From: Fidelibacterota bacterium
GTDB taxonomy: Bacteria; Fidelibacterota; UBA2242; B5-G15
Assembly: GCA_017656425.1 (NCBI GenBank)
Contig: JACDNV010000002.1
Span: forward strand, 183,512 to 247,511
Length of the DNA: 64,000 nt
Direction of reading: 5' to 3'
Position numbers and translations under genes: made by a program. Numbering within the stretch: the first letter of the stretch is position 1; each line of letters starts with the position of its first letter. The notes beneath the pieces are model-generated. The model worked only from the letters and a program-made list of their open reading frames with translations, did no database searches and was not told the DNA's origin. Shown here piece after piece: positions 1 through 14,546 of the stretch.

Positions 1-182
1 TGGCTTTAAAAAAATTTTTAATAAGCAATATACAATCGATCCCGCGTACAACATTGCGATATGCAATAGAAAAATTTCCAGAACAGGAAAGAAAGGATAT
101 TTTATCCATACCTTACAGGTGAAAGTAATAGTAATTAAGATGTTGAAAAATTAAATTTACTGGTTTTTTCGAGGACTTTCCC

Positions 183-743
183 ATGGATATATATAATTGG
201 ATCATTATACCTTTTCTAATTTTTATGGCACGTATATGTGACGTTTCAATTGGTACAATGAGGATTATTTTTATCGCCAGAGGCAAGCGTTTATTTCCCC
301 CTTTATTGGGATTTATAGAGGTGAGTATATGGCTTCTGGCAATCTCCCAAGTAATGCAGCATTTAAATAATATTGTCTGCTTCCTCGCATATGGAGCAGG
401 TTTTGCTACAGGAAATTTTGTAGGAATGATGATTGAAGAGAAACTGGCAGTTGGAATGCAGGCTATCAGTATGATTACCAATAAGACGGTTGATCTTGTT
501 GCTATGGCATTGAGGGATGAAGGATATGGAGTTACAGTTACAAGGGCTTACGGGGCAAAAGGTGAAGTTAATGTATTACTTGTAATAGTACCAAGGAGGG
601 AAGTACAAAAGGTTATTAATATTGCAAGAAGTATTGAGCCGAATGTTTTTATCTCCGTTCAAGATATTAGGGAGGTGAGAGCAGGATTTTTTCCACAAAG
701 AAGCAGACAAATGAGATGGCGAAAAGTGTTCAAAAAGAGGTAG
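183..743 (+). CDS. UPF0316 (DUF5698/DUF2179) family membrane protein
   Basis: N-terminal TM helices; C-terminal DUF2179-like segment (…DEGYGVTVTRAYGAKGE…VQDIREVRAGFF) typical of the UPF0316/YitT C-terminal fold. Confidence 0.5.
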   Translation: MDIYNWIIIPFLIFMARICDVSIGTMRIIFIARGKRLFPPLLGFIEVSIWLLAISQVMQHLNNIVCFLAYGAGFATGNFVGMMIEEKLAVGMQAISMITNKTVDLVAMALRDEGYGVTVTRAYGAKGEVNVLLVIVPRREVQKVINIARSIEPNVFISVQDIREVRAGFFPQRSRQMRWRKVFKKR

Positions 744-1283
744 GTGGTGGAAAAAAAAGATAAAATCAGGCAGGTAATTCTGGCGTTTGGCATCGGTTTG
801 ATATTGATAGGTATTGATTTATTGATAAAGTTTATAGCGAACAGCGGTCTTGAATATAATATTTTAAAGGATACATTTTTACCTTTTTTAAAACTATATT
901 TAACACATAATGAGGGTTATCATTATATATTTGGTCGGATACCAAACAATAGACTGTGGTCAATTGGAGGGCTGATTTTTATTACCATTATTCTTGGTTT
1001 TATGGTCAGAAGTCTTATTAAAGACAATCTATCGAAATGGGATAGGATGTTTTATTTAACTCTTATCACCCTTGTTGTGGGTGCTACTGGGAATGTATGG
1101 GAGATAATTTTCACAGGTAAAGCAACGGATTATTTTATTTTTAAACCTTTTCCATGGCCAAGCAATTTATGCGATCAGTATATTAATGCAATACAGTTTA
1201 TAATGCTACCTCTTTTCATAATCAGAACATTGGTACTGCAAAGGAGGAAACCTCCAAAATCTCCTATGAAAATAGAAAAATAA
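744..1283 (+). CDS. Lipoprotein signal peptidase II-like membrane protein (LspA-like, divergent)
   Basis: 4-TM protein; blocks resemble LspA motifs (GATGNVWE ~ GGALGNLIDR; ATDYFIF ~ VVDF; PSNLCD ~ FNVAD); immediately follows the preceding gene. Confidence 0.4.
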   Translation: MVEKKDKIRQVILAFGIGLILIGIDLLIKFIANSGLEYNILKDTFLPFLKLYLTHNEGYHYIFGRIPNNRLWSIGGLIFITIILGFMVRSLIKDNLSKWDRMFYLTLITLVVGATGNVWEIIFTGKATDYFIFKPFPWPSNLCDQYINAIQFIMLPLFIIRTLVLQRRKPPKSPMKIEK

Positions 1284-1323
1284 TTATTATGTTAACCAAG
1301 TTTTTAAAATAAGAGGTATTATC

Positions 1324-2331
1324 ATGAGAAGGTTTAGCGTTTACTTAATTTTTTTATTATTAGTTATTTTTTCCTGTTCAAAAAAAGAGGTATTCAGATT
1401 GAGAAAAGGTACTCCAGCATATCAATTAGCTGATGAGCTGGCTAAAAAATTACCACTTGTAGATCCTGAGAAAGATAATATAGTTGCGGAAACTAAGGAT
1501 TTTGCAGTATCTGCAGGAGAAGTAATCAACACGATATATCATACATATGGTAGAAATGCGTTTCAATTGATTCAATTTGATCAGGGAAGAATTCTGGATA
1601 TAATGAAGGTCTATGCTGAGGCAACGGTAGAAAAGAAGTTATTACTCAGGGAAGCCGGTAGAAAGGGGATTTCTGTTGATTCTACGGAAGTAGATAGTAT
1701 AATACAGATTCAATATAGCAGAGCGGGTGGAGAAGATGCTTTTTTAAATATTATTACAAATCAGGGATTTACTATTGATGAGGTTAAGTCTGATATCTCC
1801 GATAATTTAAAGATCAACAAACTGATTATGATGATAGTTGATACTATAAGTGTTTCAAATGAAGAATTGATTGAAGAATATGATAAAGATAGGACTGCTA
1901 CAGTAAGACACATTTTATTATCAACACAGGGTATGTCTGATTCTCAAAAGGTTGCTGTTTATAAAAAAATGGAAGAGATAAGAGAAAAGGCAGTCACGGG
2001 GGAGGATTTTGCTGAGCTTGCAAAGCAATATTCTGAGGATCCAGGGTCTAAGGACCGAGGAGGGCTTTATGAGAATTTTGAAAGGGGTAAAATGGTTAAG
2101 GAATTTGAAGACCAGGCCTTTAATACACCGATAGGCGAAATCAGTCCCATTTTTGAAACAAGATATGGATTTCATATTTTGAAGGTTATTAATAGAAAAA
2201 AAGAATCCAAACCTTTTGATCAGGTAAAAGATGAACTAGAGAGTCAAATTCGAAATAGGAAAGAAAATGATGTAATTTCTAGTTACATTGAAAAATTGAA
2301 GAAGGAAGCTGGATTTAAACTCCTCATTTAA
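1324..2331 (+). CDS. PpiC-type (parvulin) peptidyl-prolyl isomerase, SurA/PrsA-like lipoprotein
   Basis: Signal peptide with lipobox (IFSC); parvulin signature …RHILL…GG..ENF.RG.MV.EFE..AF..P.GEIS.IFET.YGFHILKV. Confidence 0.65.
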   Translation: MRRFSVYLIFLLLVIFSCSKKEVFRLRKGTPAYQLADELAKKLPLVDPEKDNIVAETKDFAVSAGEVINTIYHTYGRNAFQLIQFDQGRILDIMKVYAEATVEKKLLLREAGRKGISVDSTEVDSIIQIQYSRAGGEDAFLNIITNQGFTIDEVKSDISDNLKINKLIMMIVDTISVSNEELIEEYDKDRTATVRHILLSTQGMSDSQKVAVYKKMEEIREKAVTGEDFAELAKQYSEDPGSKDRGGLYENFERGKMVKEFEDQAFNTPIGEISPIFETRYGFHILKVINRKKESKPFDQVKDELESQIRNRKENDVISSYIEKLKKEAGFKLLI

Positions 2332-3248
2332 AATATATTGAATAGCTTTAAAATAATTGCCTTTTGAACATGCATTCTGTTTTCAGCCTCGTCATATACA
2401 ACAGAGTGTGGACCATCTATTACATCGTCCGTGATTTCTTCACCACGATGTGCAGGTAAGCAGTGCATAACTATTACATCTTTTTTAGCATTTTTGACTA
2501 AGCATTCATTAACCTGAAATCCTCTAAAATTTTTAATCTTTTCTTCTCTTAAGGATTCCTGCCCCATACTTACCCAGACATCGGTATAGATTACATCTGC
2601 CTCTTTGACTCCAGTTAATGGATCATGTTCTATGTTTATTGTACTTATTCCTGATTTTATTGCATTATTTAAAATATTGTCTTCTGGCAGGCAATTTTTG
2701 GGAGTTACTATTGTGAGATCAAGTGGGATACGGGAGGCTATATTCACCCAGGAATTTGCAACATTATTGCTGCCATCCCCAACGAATGCAATTTTCAAGT
2801 TCTGGTATGTACCTTTATGTTCAAAAATAGTAAAAAGATCTGACATAACTTGGCAGGGGTGAGTAAGGTCAGTAAGACCGTTTATCACTGGAACAGATGC
2901 GTATTTTGCCAGTTCTTCGATATGCCTGTGTTCAAATAACCGTGCCATAATAATATCATTATATCTTGAAATTACTTTTGCAATATCCTTGATAGCTTCT
3001 CTTTTACCGATACCGATATCGGTGGGTGCAAGATAAAGTGCGTGACCTCCCAGTTGATACATACCCGTTTCAAAGGATATCCTTGTTCTTGCAGAAGGTT
3101 TTGCAAAGATCATCGCCATCGTTTTATTTTTTAGAGGTTTGTATTCTTTACCTTCTTTTTGATATTTTTTTAGCATTTCTGCCATTTTAAATGTTTCTGT
3201 TATCTCATCGGAGCTAAAATCAGTTATCATGAGAAAATCTCTTTTCAT
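2328..3248 (-). CDS. argF: Ornithine carbamoyltransferase
   Basis: STRTR carbamoyl-phosphate motif, HCLP motif, ~306 aa ATCase/OTCase fold; sequence closest to the OTCase pattern. Confidence 0.8.
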   Translation of the reverse strand: MKRDFLMITDFSSDEITETFKMAEMLKKYQKEGKEYKPLKNKTMAMIFAKPSARTRISFETGMYQLGGHALYLAPTDIGIGKREAIKDIAKVISRYNDIIMARLFEHRHIEELAKYASVPVINGLTDLTHPCQVMSDLFTIFEHKGTYQNLKIAFVGDGSNNVANSWVNIASRIPLDLTIVTPKNCLPEDNILNNAIKSGISTINIEHDPLTGVKEADVIYTDVWVSMGQESLREEKIKNFRGFQVNECLVKNAKKDVIVMHCLPAHRGEEITDDVIDGPHSVVYDEAENRMHVQKAIILKLFNIF

Positions 3249-3263
3249 TCATGGCTCCTTACT

Positions 3264-4616
3264 TTATAATATGTATTTACTCAGGTCTCTATCTTTAACC
3301 AGATCAGCTAATTTTTCTTTGACGAACTTTCTTGTTATTTTAATTTTTTTAATTTCGGAATTGGGGACTTCAAATAATATATCCTCTAATAGCGTGGTTA
3401 AAATAGTATGCAGCCTTCTTGCTCCAATGTTTTCAAGTTTTTCGTTTACTTCACAGGCAAGCTCAGCAATTTCCTCTATGGCTCCATCATCGAATTCTAT
3501 CTGTACTCCTTCTGTTTCTAATAGTGCTTTATACTGTTTTATAAGTGCGTTTTTTGGGTTTTTTAAAATTTTAACAAATTCTTCTTTTCCAAGGTTGTCC
3601 ATTTCAACTCTTATAGGAAATCTTCCCTGTAGCTCCGGAATTAAATCAGAAGGTTTGCTCATATGAAAGGCTCCGGCTGCAATGAATAGTATATGATCGG
3701 TTTTTACGGGACCGTATTTAGTCTGCACTGTACATCCTTCAATTATAGGTAGTATGTCACGTTGTACTCCTTCTCGTGATACATCAGGTCCGCTTCTACC
3801 TTCTCCTCCTCGTGCTGCTATTTTATCTATCTCATCGATGAATACTATTCCAGAATTTTCAACTCTTCTTATAGCTTCTTTTATAACAGCATCCATGTCA
3901 ATTAATTTCTGGGCTTCTTCCTGTGCAAAGATTCTGCGCGCCTCTTCAACAGTGACTTTCTGAACCTTTTTTCTTTTTGGGAAGGCACTCTCAAGAAGTT
4001 CACTCAAGTTCAGTCCCATTTCTTCAATTCCTGCTGGTCCAAACACCTGCATAACAGGTACTGCCGTCTGCTGAGTTGTTATCTCAATAACTCTTTGCTC
4101 AAGCTCACCATTATTTAACATCTCTTTTAGTTTTTCTCTGGTTTTACGATATTGTACGTCTTCGTCTATCTGGAAATCGGTTGTAGCTGTTTTTCTGCGA
4201 GGTAGGAGAATATCAAGAATTCTTTCGTTTGCCATTCTTTCAGCCTGTTCTCGAACTTCTTCCATTCTCTCAGCTTTTACCATATTTACGGCTATATTGG
4301 TCAGGTCTCTTATTATCGATTCCACATCTCTTCCGACGTAGCCCACTTCTGTATATTTTGAAGCTTCCACTTTTATAAAAGGGGCATGAGCAAGGTTAGC
4401 AAGACGGCGTGCTATTTCTGTTTTCCCCACTCCTGTAGGACCAATTAGAATGATATTGTTTGGAAGTATGTCCTCTTTAATATCTCCTTCTACGCGTTGT
4501 CTTCTCCACCTGTTTCTTAAGGCAATAGCAACAGCCTTTTTTGCTTTATCCTGACCTATTATGTATTGGTCAAGCTCATTAACAATTTCTTGTGGTGTTA
4601 ACTCTTTTCTGTTCAT
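3264..4616 (-). CDS. hslU: ATP-dependent protease ATPase subunit HslU
   Basis: N-term [38 protein letters not shown]; Walker A GPTGVGKT; immediately upstream of hslV. Confidence 0.9.
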   Translation of the reverse strand: MNRKELTPQEIVNELDQYIIGQDKAKKAVAIALRNRWRRQRVEGDIKEDILPNNIILIGPTGVGKTEIARRLANLAHAPFIKVEASKYTEVGYVGRDVESIIRDLTNIAVNMVKAERMEEVREQAERMANERILDILLPRRKTATTDFQIDEDVQYRKTREKLKEMLNNGELEQRVIEITTQQTAVPVMQVFGPAGIEEMGLNLSELLESAFPKRKKVQKVTVEEARRIFAQEEAQKLIDMDAVIKEAIRRVENSGIVFIDEIDKIAARGGEGRSGPDVSREGVQRDILPIIEGCTVQTKYGPVKTDHILFIAAGAFHMSKPSDLIPELQGRFPIRVEMDNLGKEEFVKILKNPKNALIKQYKALLETEGVQIEFDDGAIEEIAELACEVNEKLENIGARRLHTILTTLLEDILFEVPNSEIKKIKITRKFVKEKLADLVKDRDLSKYIL

Positions 4617-4618
4617 TT

Positions 4619-5170
4619 TTATAGTTCCAGTATTGTAAACTTATTGTTTGTAAATACACATATTTCACTGGCTATTTTTAAAGATTCTTCTACGATTTCC
4701 TTGGCACTTAAATCAGTATATTTCATTAAAGCTTTTGCTGCTGCTGAAGCATATGGACCTCCTGAACCTATTGCTATGATGTTATCATCAGGTTCTATCA
4801 CATCGCCGGTGCCTGAAATTATTAACATTTTCTCTTTATCCATTACAATTAATAAAGCCTCTAACCTTCTTAAGTATTTGTCTGTCCGCCACAGTTTGGC
4901 TAATTCAACGGCAGCTCTTTGAATATTTCCCTTGAATTCTTCAAGTTTACCCTCAAACTTTTCGAAAAGTGCAAAAGCATCGGCTGATGCACCAGCAAAA
5001 CCAACAATTACCCTACCCCCATAGATTTTTCTAACCTTGCTGGCATTACTTTTCATGACTGTATTTCCGAATGTGACCTGTCCATCACTTCCAATAGCGA
5101 CATTTTCGCCTTTTTTAACACCGACTATAGTTGTTGAATATATTTTCATTTTATTAACCTCAGTTTTCAT
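4619..5170 (-). CDS. hslV: ATP-dependent protease subunit HslV
   Basis: TTIVGVKKG…[10 protein letters not shown]-terminal Thr protease signature; 183 aa. Confidence 0.9.
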   Translation of the reverse strand: MKTEVNKMKIYSTTIVGVKKGENVAIGSDGQVTFGNTVMKSNASKVRKIYGGRVIVGFAGASADAFALFEKFEGKLEEFKGNIQRAAVELAKLWRTDKYLRRLEALLIVMDKEKMLIISGTGDVIEPDDNIIAIGSGGPYASAAAKALMKYTDLSAKEIVEESLKIASEICVFTNNKFTILEL

Positions 5171-6132
5171 TTAATCGATTCTAATAAATTTAAGAGTTCA
5201 TTGTCTGTTGAAAGGATAATTGTAGTAGTTGTATCAAATATCGTTTTATAGGTTTCCAAGGTTCTAAGGAATTCATAAAAGGACCTTGTATCTTGATTCC
5301 TATCATAAGCGCTGGCATAGATTTTGACCGCTTCAGCATCAGCCTGACCTCTAATTTCCTGCGCTTTCCTGTATGCGCCGGATAAAATTTCCTTTGTTTT
5401 TTGAGCTTGCTTACCAAGGATACGCTGTTTTTCACCCTGTCCAATAGCTCTGTATTTTTCAGCTATTCTTTTCTGTTCTGAAATCATTCTTTCAAATACC
5501 TTTTCCTGTACTTTCGGATTATAGTCAATCCTTTTAAACTTTAAATCTACCACCTCTATACCAAAATTTAGTTCTTTGAGTTTCCTTGTAATGTTATACA
5601 GAATAATTCTGGCTATTTCTTCCCTCGCACCGGGGATTAAGGATTCTCTTTCTGAGGAAGAGTCTGACTGGGACAATATGTCCTGCTCAATTTCAGGTAT
5701 GGACATTGGTCTATTGGAATTCCTAACTATTTCCTGCAGAGCCCTATTGGCTATTTCATCTCTTATGGTACCATCAAGTATGTCATCAAGCCTTGATTGG
5801 GCAACAGCTTCATTCCTCACGCTTTTATAAAATGAAAGCGGATCTGTGATTTTCCATCGAGCAAATGTATCAATTTTTATAAATTTGTTGTCTTTCGTTG
5901 GTACTTCTTGAGGTTCACCATCCCATTCCAGTAATCGCTTATCGAATATAATTACCTTTTGTACGAACGGTATCTTGAAATGTATACCAGCTTTTTGAAC
6001 AGCTCCGCCAATAGGTTTCCCAAATTGAGTAATTATTGCCTGTTGAGTTTCATTTAAGATAAAAATTGATTGGGTGATTAAAACTATTAAAATCGCGAGT
6101 ATGATCAATGTCAATATTGCTTTTCCTTTCAT
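5167..6132 (-). CDS. hflC: SPFH/band-7 protease modulator HflC
   Basis: N-terminal TM + SPFH domain, paired and overlapping with a second SPFH gene (HflK); 4-nt overlap with hslV. Confidence 0.65.
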   Translation of the reverse strand: MKGKAILTLIILAILIVLITQSIFILNETQQAIITQFGKPIGGAVQKAGIHFKIPFVQKVIIFDKRLLEWDGEPQEVPTKDNKFIKIDTFARWKITDPLSFYKSVRNEAVAQSRLDDILDGTIRDEIANRALQEIVRNSNRPMSIPEIEQDILSQSDSSSERESLIPGAREEIARIILYNITRKLKELNFGIEVVDLKFKRIDYNPKVQEKVFERMISEQKRIAEKYRAIGQGEKQRILGKQAQKTKEILSGAYRKAQEIRGQADAEAVKIYASAYDRNQDTRSFYEFLRTLETYKTIFDTTTTIILSTDNELLNLLESIK

Positions 6133-7115
6133 TTTCCAATCCCCTTATTCTGAAGATTTAAAAAGGGTAAAAAACTTCTAATATCTTTGTCTACAATATA
6201 GAGATTTTTTGTCTTACTGAAGATCTCTTCAATAGTTTCGAGATAAAGTCTCTTTTTTGTTACATCTTTTGCTCTGGAATATTCATTGTAAATTAAATTA
6301 AAGAGAGCGGCATCTCCTCTGGCTCTATTTATTCTATTTATTTTATAACCCTCTGCCTCCTGAATGATTCTGTCAGCCTCACCCTCGATCCTGTATATTT
6401 CTCTATTGTAAACCTGCATTGCCTCATTAATCATTCTTTCCTGCTCCTGCTTTGCTCTGTTAACTTCGTTGAATGAGTCCCTGACAGGGTCGGGAGGATG
6501 TACATCTTTTAACTGCACGAGCTGGACATCTACACCCACATCATAGAGATCAAATGTTTTTTGCATGTAATCTCTTACTAGATTGGCAATTTCTATCCTG
6601 TCTGATTGAAGAACTTCATGAAAGGATCTGTCTCCTACTACTAATCTCATTGCTGCTTCAGATACATCTCTTATACTTTCACTTACATTTCTGACTTTAA
6701 ATAGAAATTTATATGCGTCTTTAATCTTATATTGAACAACCCACTTTACATCGGCAATGTTCAAATCGCCAGTTAGCATCCAAGACTCTTCAGTAAATGT
6801 TTCTTCAGCATATCTTGTCTTTACGCCCGGTCTTAGTGTTCGAAATCCAAATTCTTCTTTATATTGGTAATCTACTTTCACTGTATATACTTTATCTATA
6901 CCCCATGGCAATTTCAGGTGTAGCCCGGGATAAGTTATCTTCTGAAATTTTCCAAATCTTAGAACTACTCCAACTTCGTTTGCATCAACCGTATAGAATG
7001 ACATTATAATTGTAACACCTGCAATTAAAATAATTAGTATTAAAATTGTTATATAAAAATACCCCGCAGGTATTTCATATTCTTCTTTGCCAACTTTTAC
7101 TTTCCTCCAAGACAT
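6129..7115 (-). CDS. hflK: SPFH/band-7 protease modulator HflK
   Basis: TM anchor + SPFH domain, translationally coupled to hflC. Confidence 0.65.
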   Translation of the reverse strand: MSWRKVKVGKEEYEIPAGYFYITILILIILIAGVTIIMSFYTVDANEVGVVLRFGKFQKITYPGLHLKLPWGIDKVYTVKVDYQYKEEFGFRTLRPGVKTRYAEETFTEESWMLTGDLNIADVKWVVQYKIKDAYKFLFKVRNVSESIRDVSEAAMRLVVGDRSFHEVLQSDRIEIANLVRDYMQKTFDLYDVGVDVQLVQLKDVHPPDPVRDSFNEVNRAKQEQERMINEAMQVYNREIYRIEGEADRIIQEAEGYKINRINRARGDAALFNLIYNEYSRAKDVTKKRLYLETIEEIFSKTKNLYIVDKDIRSFLPFLNLQNKGIGK

Positions 7116-7129
7116 ATTTTATCTCCTCC

Positions 7130-8545
7130 TTATAGGGTTTTTCTTAGCCTTGCCACGGGGATATTCATCTGTTCCCTGTATTTTGCAACTGTTCTTCTAG
7201 CCACTGGGAAACCTGCTTCTTTTAAAAGTTTAGATAACATCTCATCGCTATAAGGGTTATGTTTATCTTCATTGTCAATTAGTTCTTTCAGTTTTTCCTT
7301 AACCTGTTTTGTTGATATCTCTGTCCCGTTCTCAGAAACTATTCCTTCACTGAAGAAATATTTCAACTCGTAAACACCAGTGTCAAGCTGGACATATTTT
7401 CCGTTTGTAACTCTACTGATTGTGGAGATGTCCATACCCACATCTTCCGCAATATCTTTTAATACCATTGGTTTTAGTGGCTTTGTATTGTCTTCAAAAA
7501 AATCTCTCTGTCTGTTTATAATTGCTTTCATAACTTTTATCATTGTAACACGTCTTTGTTGTATAGCCTGTATAAACCACTTGGCTGATTCAATTTTTTT
7601 CTTTATATAATTTCTGGCTTCATGGTTCAATTTTTTCTTATCAAATAGCATTTGCATATAGCGAGAATTAATTCGTAATTCTGGAATATTTGTATCGTTA
7701 ACTTCAACTACAAAGTCTCCTCCCATTTTGTATACAATAAGATCAGGAACAATATAAGAATTTTCCCCCGTAGAAAATGATGCACCTGGTTTTGGATTTA
7801 ATTTTTGAATAACTTTTATAGCTTCTTCGAGAGTTTCTTTGTTCCAACTAAGGCTTTTTAAAATTTTATCAAAGCGTTTGTTAGCAAAATCATCGAAATG
7901 GTCTCTAATTATCGTAATAGCATTTTTGACTGCAGGTCTTTTTGGGGACTCTTCAAGTTGAGCTAACAGGCATTCCTGAAGATTTCGAGCTCCGAGACCG
8001 GGTGGATCAAGATGTTGAATTTTCCTTAATACATTTAATGCAAATTCTAGATTTACCCCCTTTGCATAAGCAATATTTTCAATAGGGATTGTGAGATATC
8101 CCTTATCATCAATATTCCATATAATTTCATTTGCTATTTCATACTCTTTATCATCTAGATGTAGTAGTTTTACTTGGTCGATTAAGTGGTCAATGAGGGT
8201 TCTTGGTGAGGGTTGAACTCGCTTGATTTCTTCTTTACTATTGTATACTACCTCACGAATTTTGTAGTCATCATTATCAGGGAGCATATCTTCAATATCG
8301 AAATCATCTATTTTTTCCTCTTCTCCCTCCTTTTTCTGTTTGAGAGTTTCATCTAAAATTTCTTCAGTTTGCTGAGTTTCTTGTTCTACTTCCTCAAGTA
8401 CCGGATTTTGTTCAAGCTCCTGGTTTACCCTTGCCTCCAGAGCAAGTATATTGAGTTGAAGGATTGTAGATTGTAAAATCTGCTGTGGTGCTAATCTTAA
8501 TTCCTGCGAAAGTTTTTGTACCTGGTGTTGATTAATTCCTGGCAT
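7130..8545 (-). CDS. rpoN: RNA polymerase sigma-54 factor
   Basis: C-terminal RpoN box (ARRTVAKYRE), Gln-rich N-terminus, ~470 aa; classic lptB-rpoN arrangement. Confidence 0.9.
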   Translation of the reverse strand: MPGINQHQVQKLSQELRLAPQQILQSTILQLNILALEARVNQELEQNPVLEEVEQETQQTEEILDETLKQKKEGEEEKIDDFDIEDMLPDNDDYKIREVVYNSKEEIKRVQPSPRTLIDHLIDQVKLLHLDDKEYEIANEIIWNIDDKGYLTIPIENIAYAKGVNLEFALNVLRKIQHLDPPGLGARNLQECLLAQLEESPKRPAVKNAITIIRDHFDDFANKRFDKILKSLSWNKETLEEAIKVIQKLNPKPGASFSTGENSYIVPDLIVYKMGGDFVVEVNDTNIPELRINSRYMQMLFDKKKLNHEARNYIKKKIESAKWFIQAIQQRRVTMIKVMKAIINRQRDFFEDNTKPLKPMVLKDIAEDVGMDISTISRVTNGKYVQLDTGVYELKYFFSEGIVSENGTEISTKQVKEKLKELIDNEDKHNPYSDEMLSKLLKEAGFPVARRTVAKYREQMNIPVARLRKTL

Positions 8546-8548
8546 ATC

Positions 8549-9280
8549 TTAATCCAATTTAAATCTATCCCCAAGGTATAATTTTTTAGCTTCTTCATCA
8601 TTGGCTAAATAGTCTGAGTTTCCGGATTTGAGTATTCTTCCTTCGAACATTAAGTATGCTCTATCTGTTATAGATAACGTTTCCCTTACATTGTGATCTG
8701 TAATCAATACTCCGATCCCCTTTTGTTTCAAGCCTTTCACAATTTCTTGGATATCCTGTACAGCGATTGGATCGACGCCAAGGAAAGGTTCATCGAGTAA
8801 TATAAAATCAGGATCAGTTGCAAGGGCTCGGGATATTTCAACCCTTCTCCTTTCTCCGCCGGATAGAGTGTTGGCTTTTTGTTTACGGAGATGAATAATT
8901 CCAAGTTCATTTAATAGCTTTTCCAGCTTTAGTTCCTGTTCTTTTTTTGTCAGATTCATCATTTGTAGAACAAGTAATATATTTTCTTCTACCGTTAATT
9001 TACGAAAAATAGATGGTTCCTGGGATAAATATCCGATTCCAAGGCGTGCCCTTTTATACATTGGGTAATTGGTAAGATCTACATCATCTAGATAAACTTT
9101 TCCATCGTTTGGTTTTATCATGCCTGTAAACATGTGGAAGGTAGTCGACTTACCGGCTCCATTGGGTCCTAACAGTCCCACAATCTCCCCCTTTTTGACA
9201 TTTATGGATACACCATTTACCACTTTTCTTTTGCTATAGATTTTGGCCAGATTTTCACCACGTAAAACTTTTTCATCCAT
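8549..9280 (-). CDS. lptB: LPS export ABC transporter ATP-binding protein LptB
   Basis: Walker A GPNGAGKST, LSGGERRR signature, Walker B ILLDEP; positioned directly upstream of rpoN. Confidence 0.85.
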   Translation of the reverse strand: MDEKVLRGENLAKIYSKRKVVNGVSINVKKGEIVGLLGPNGAGKSTTFHMFTGMIKPNDGKVYLDDVDLTNYPMYKRARLGIGYLSQEPSIFRKLTVEENILLVLQMMNLTKKEQELKLEKLLNELGIIHLRKQKANTLSGGERRRVEISRALATDPDFILLDEPFLGVDPIAVQDIQEIVKGLKQKGIGVLITDHNVRETLSITDRAYLMFEGRILKSGNSDYLANDEEAKKLYLGDRFKLD

Positions 9281-9826
9281 CTATTCGGCTTTAATTTCCT
9301 TCTCTATTGATCCTTTTGGTTCTTTGATAACCCATTCTGTCAAATCAGTATTGGATTCAAAGCCTTTTCCTCTTAGTGTATCGCTTTCGGTAACAAGTAT
9401 AATGTCATCATTTGAAATGATTTTTTCAATCTTATTATCCCATTTCAGATGGTTGGTAAATAAAGTTATCCCTGTATCAGAAATAACAACTACATTCCCA
9501 AAAGCGATCATGTCGTTTGTTTTTTCATTTATTTCCGCGCTATCAGACTCCAAGTAGGATGTATGATTCCCGTATTTGTCGAAAAAGTCGACAGCAACAC
9601 CCTGATTGAGTATAATTATTTTCCTGTCATCATATTTTATAAGGTGTCCAGCAGAAACGTCAGCTCTTTTTACATCATCTTTCATAATTGTGATTCGGGC
9701 GTTCCAACTTTCCTGCCCGACAAATTGGAGGCTGTCCACAAGATGCTTATCATTTCTATCTCTTATACATGATAAAAAAATAAATGTAATCAGTGTATAG
9801 GTTATAATTATTTTCCCATTTTTCAT
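9281..9826 (-). CDS. LptC/LptA (OstA-like) LPS transport protein
   Basis: N-terminal membrane anchor plus ~150 aa beta-rich domain, located between kdsD and lptB as in the kdsD-kdsC-lptC-lptA-lptB-rpoN paradigm. Confidence 0.5.
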   Translation of the reverse strand: MKNGKIIITYTLITFIFLSCIRDRNDKHLVDSLQFVGQESWNARITIMKDDVKRADVSAGHLIKYDDRKIIILNQGVAVDFFDKYGNHTSYLESDSAEINEKTNDMIAFGNVVVISDTGITLFTNHLKWDNKIEKIISNDDIILVTESDTLRGKGFESNTDLTEWVIKEPKGSIEKEIKAE

Positions 9827-10800
9827 ATACTTATGCCATATCTTAATATATCATGAATGTGGATAATTCCTATTGGGAGCCCTTTCTTTTCTTTCTCATA
9901 TACAAATAAGTTTGTAATTGCGTGTGTCTCCATAACCTGTAATGCTTCTAATGCAAGTGCAGATGAAGTTGTCCATTTAGGATTGGTTGTCATTATTTCT
10001 TTTGTTTTACAATTGAGAAAATCATTTGTCCTTTCCAGTCCACGCCTTAGATCACCGTCAGTTATAACACCAACAAGTTCATCATGTTCATCATATACAC
10101 CGACTATACCCAGACCTTTAAAAGTCATGACAAAGAGGGCTTCTTTCATTGTTTTTTCAGTTGATATTAGAGGTATTTCTTCTCCTGTGTGCATTAAGTC
10201 GGATACAGTTGTTAAAAGCCTCTTTCCTATTGAACCTCCCGGGTGAAGTTCTCCAAGCTCTTTTTTATTTAGCCCTCTTTTTACCATTAGAGCGATTGCA
10301 AGGGCATCCCCAAGTGCATTGGTAACAATGCTGCTAACTGTTGGAACTATTCCGTGGGGACAAGCTTCCTCTTTAACATAAGTACTAATAACTACATTGC
10401 ATTTTTTGGTAAGTATTGAATTTTCTTTCCCAATAAACCCAATTATTGGTACACCTATTTTTTTTACATACGGTATTAAGTCAAGAAGTTCCTCAGTTTC
10501 ACCACTGTTTGAAACAATAATCATTACGTCGTTTTTAGTTAAAACTCCAATATCACCATGACTTGCCTCACCAGCGTGCATAAATAGGCTCGGAGTTCCA
10601 GTACTCGATAGGGTTGCTGCTATTTTTCTTCCAATTATGCCGGATTTACCAAGACCTGATACCACTACTTTTCCACTGCTATTGCTTATTATCTCTACGG
10701 CTTTTGTAAAATTATCATCGATTCGTGGTATCGCATTCTTTATAGCTTCTGATTCTTTCTCTAACACTTCAATAGCTTTTTCTAAGTAATTGTTTTTCAT
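9823..10800 (-). CDS. kdsD: Arabinose-5-phosphate isomerase (SIS + tandem CBS)
   Basis: SIS domain (VSGLGKSG…SNSGET) followed by CBS pair; sits in the Kdo cluster. Confidence 0.85.
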   Translation of the reverse strand: MKNNYLEKAIEVLEKESEAIKNAIPRIDDNFTKAVEIISNSSGKVVVSGLGKSGIIGRKIAATLSSTGTPSLFMHAGEASHGDIGVLTKNDVMIIVSNSGETEELLDLIPYVKKIGVPIIGFIGKENSILTKKCNVVISTYVKEEACPHGIVPTVSSIVTNALGDALAIALMVKRGLNKKELGELHPGGSIGKRLLTTVSDLMHTGEEIPLISTEKTMKEALFVMTFKGLGIVGVYDEHDELVGVITDGDLRRGLERTNDFLNCKTKEIMTTNPKWTTSSALALEALQVMETHAITNLFVYEKEKKGLPIGIIHIHDILRYGISI

Positions 10801-10802
10801 TT

Positions 10803-11343
10803 TTATTCCCTGTATGGGGCGTGTGTAACTTTTTCAAAAGATTTTTCAAATAACCCCTTTGCATTGAGTAATAGCTCAATGACTTCCCTTAATGCTCCCT
10901 CACCACCATTTTTCCTAGTGATATAGACCGCTAATTTTTTTACCTCGTCATTGGCATTGTTTACGGCTATAGGTATACCTACTTTTCTTAAAACTGGTAT
11001 GTCTATTATATCATCGCCAATATATACTATTTCATCATCAGAAACCTTAAATTTTTCCTTAATTTTCTGGTATTCCTCTATTTTTGCATGACCACTCTGG
11101 TATAAGTTATCCAATAGACCTAATTCTTCTGCTCTTGCAACTGTTGCTTTGGAATATCTACCGGAAAGAAAAACAAGTGGAATTGAGGCTGCTTTCAGTA
11201 ATGCAATGCCAGCACCATCAAATACATTAAATTTTTTTAATTCTAGGTCATTGCTACCTATGTATAAGTAACCATCTGTCAGAACACCATCGACATCGGT
11301 AATAATTATTTTAACCTTTTTAAGCTTATCCATCAGTTCGTCT

Positions 11344-11360
<17 letters not shown>
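10803..11360 (-). CDS. kdsC: 3-deoxy-D-manno-octulosonate-8-phosphate phosphatase (HAD)
   Basis: HAD motif I ITDVDGVLTDG; ~185 aa; Kdo cluster context. Confidence 0.8.
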
Positions 11361-14538
<3,178 letters not shown>

Positions 14539-14546
14539 GTTTTTCT

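Noticed and set aside
113-481. 122-aa minus-strand ORF at the window start
   Set aside because: Lies antisense inside the UPF0316 gene (183-743); hydrophobic low-complexity translation typical of antisense reading of an AT-rich membrane-protein gene; no motif support
3229-3666. 145-aa plus-strand ORF within hslU
   Set aside because: Antisense to hslU; Ser/Leu-rich low-complexity product
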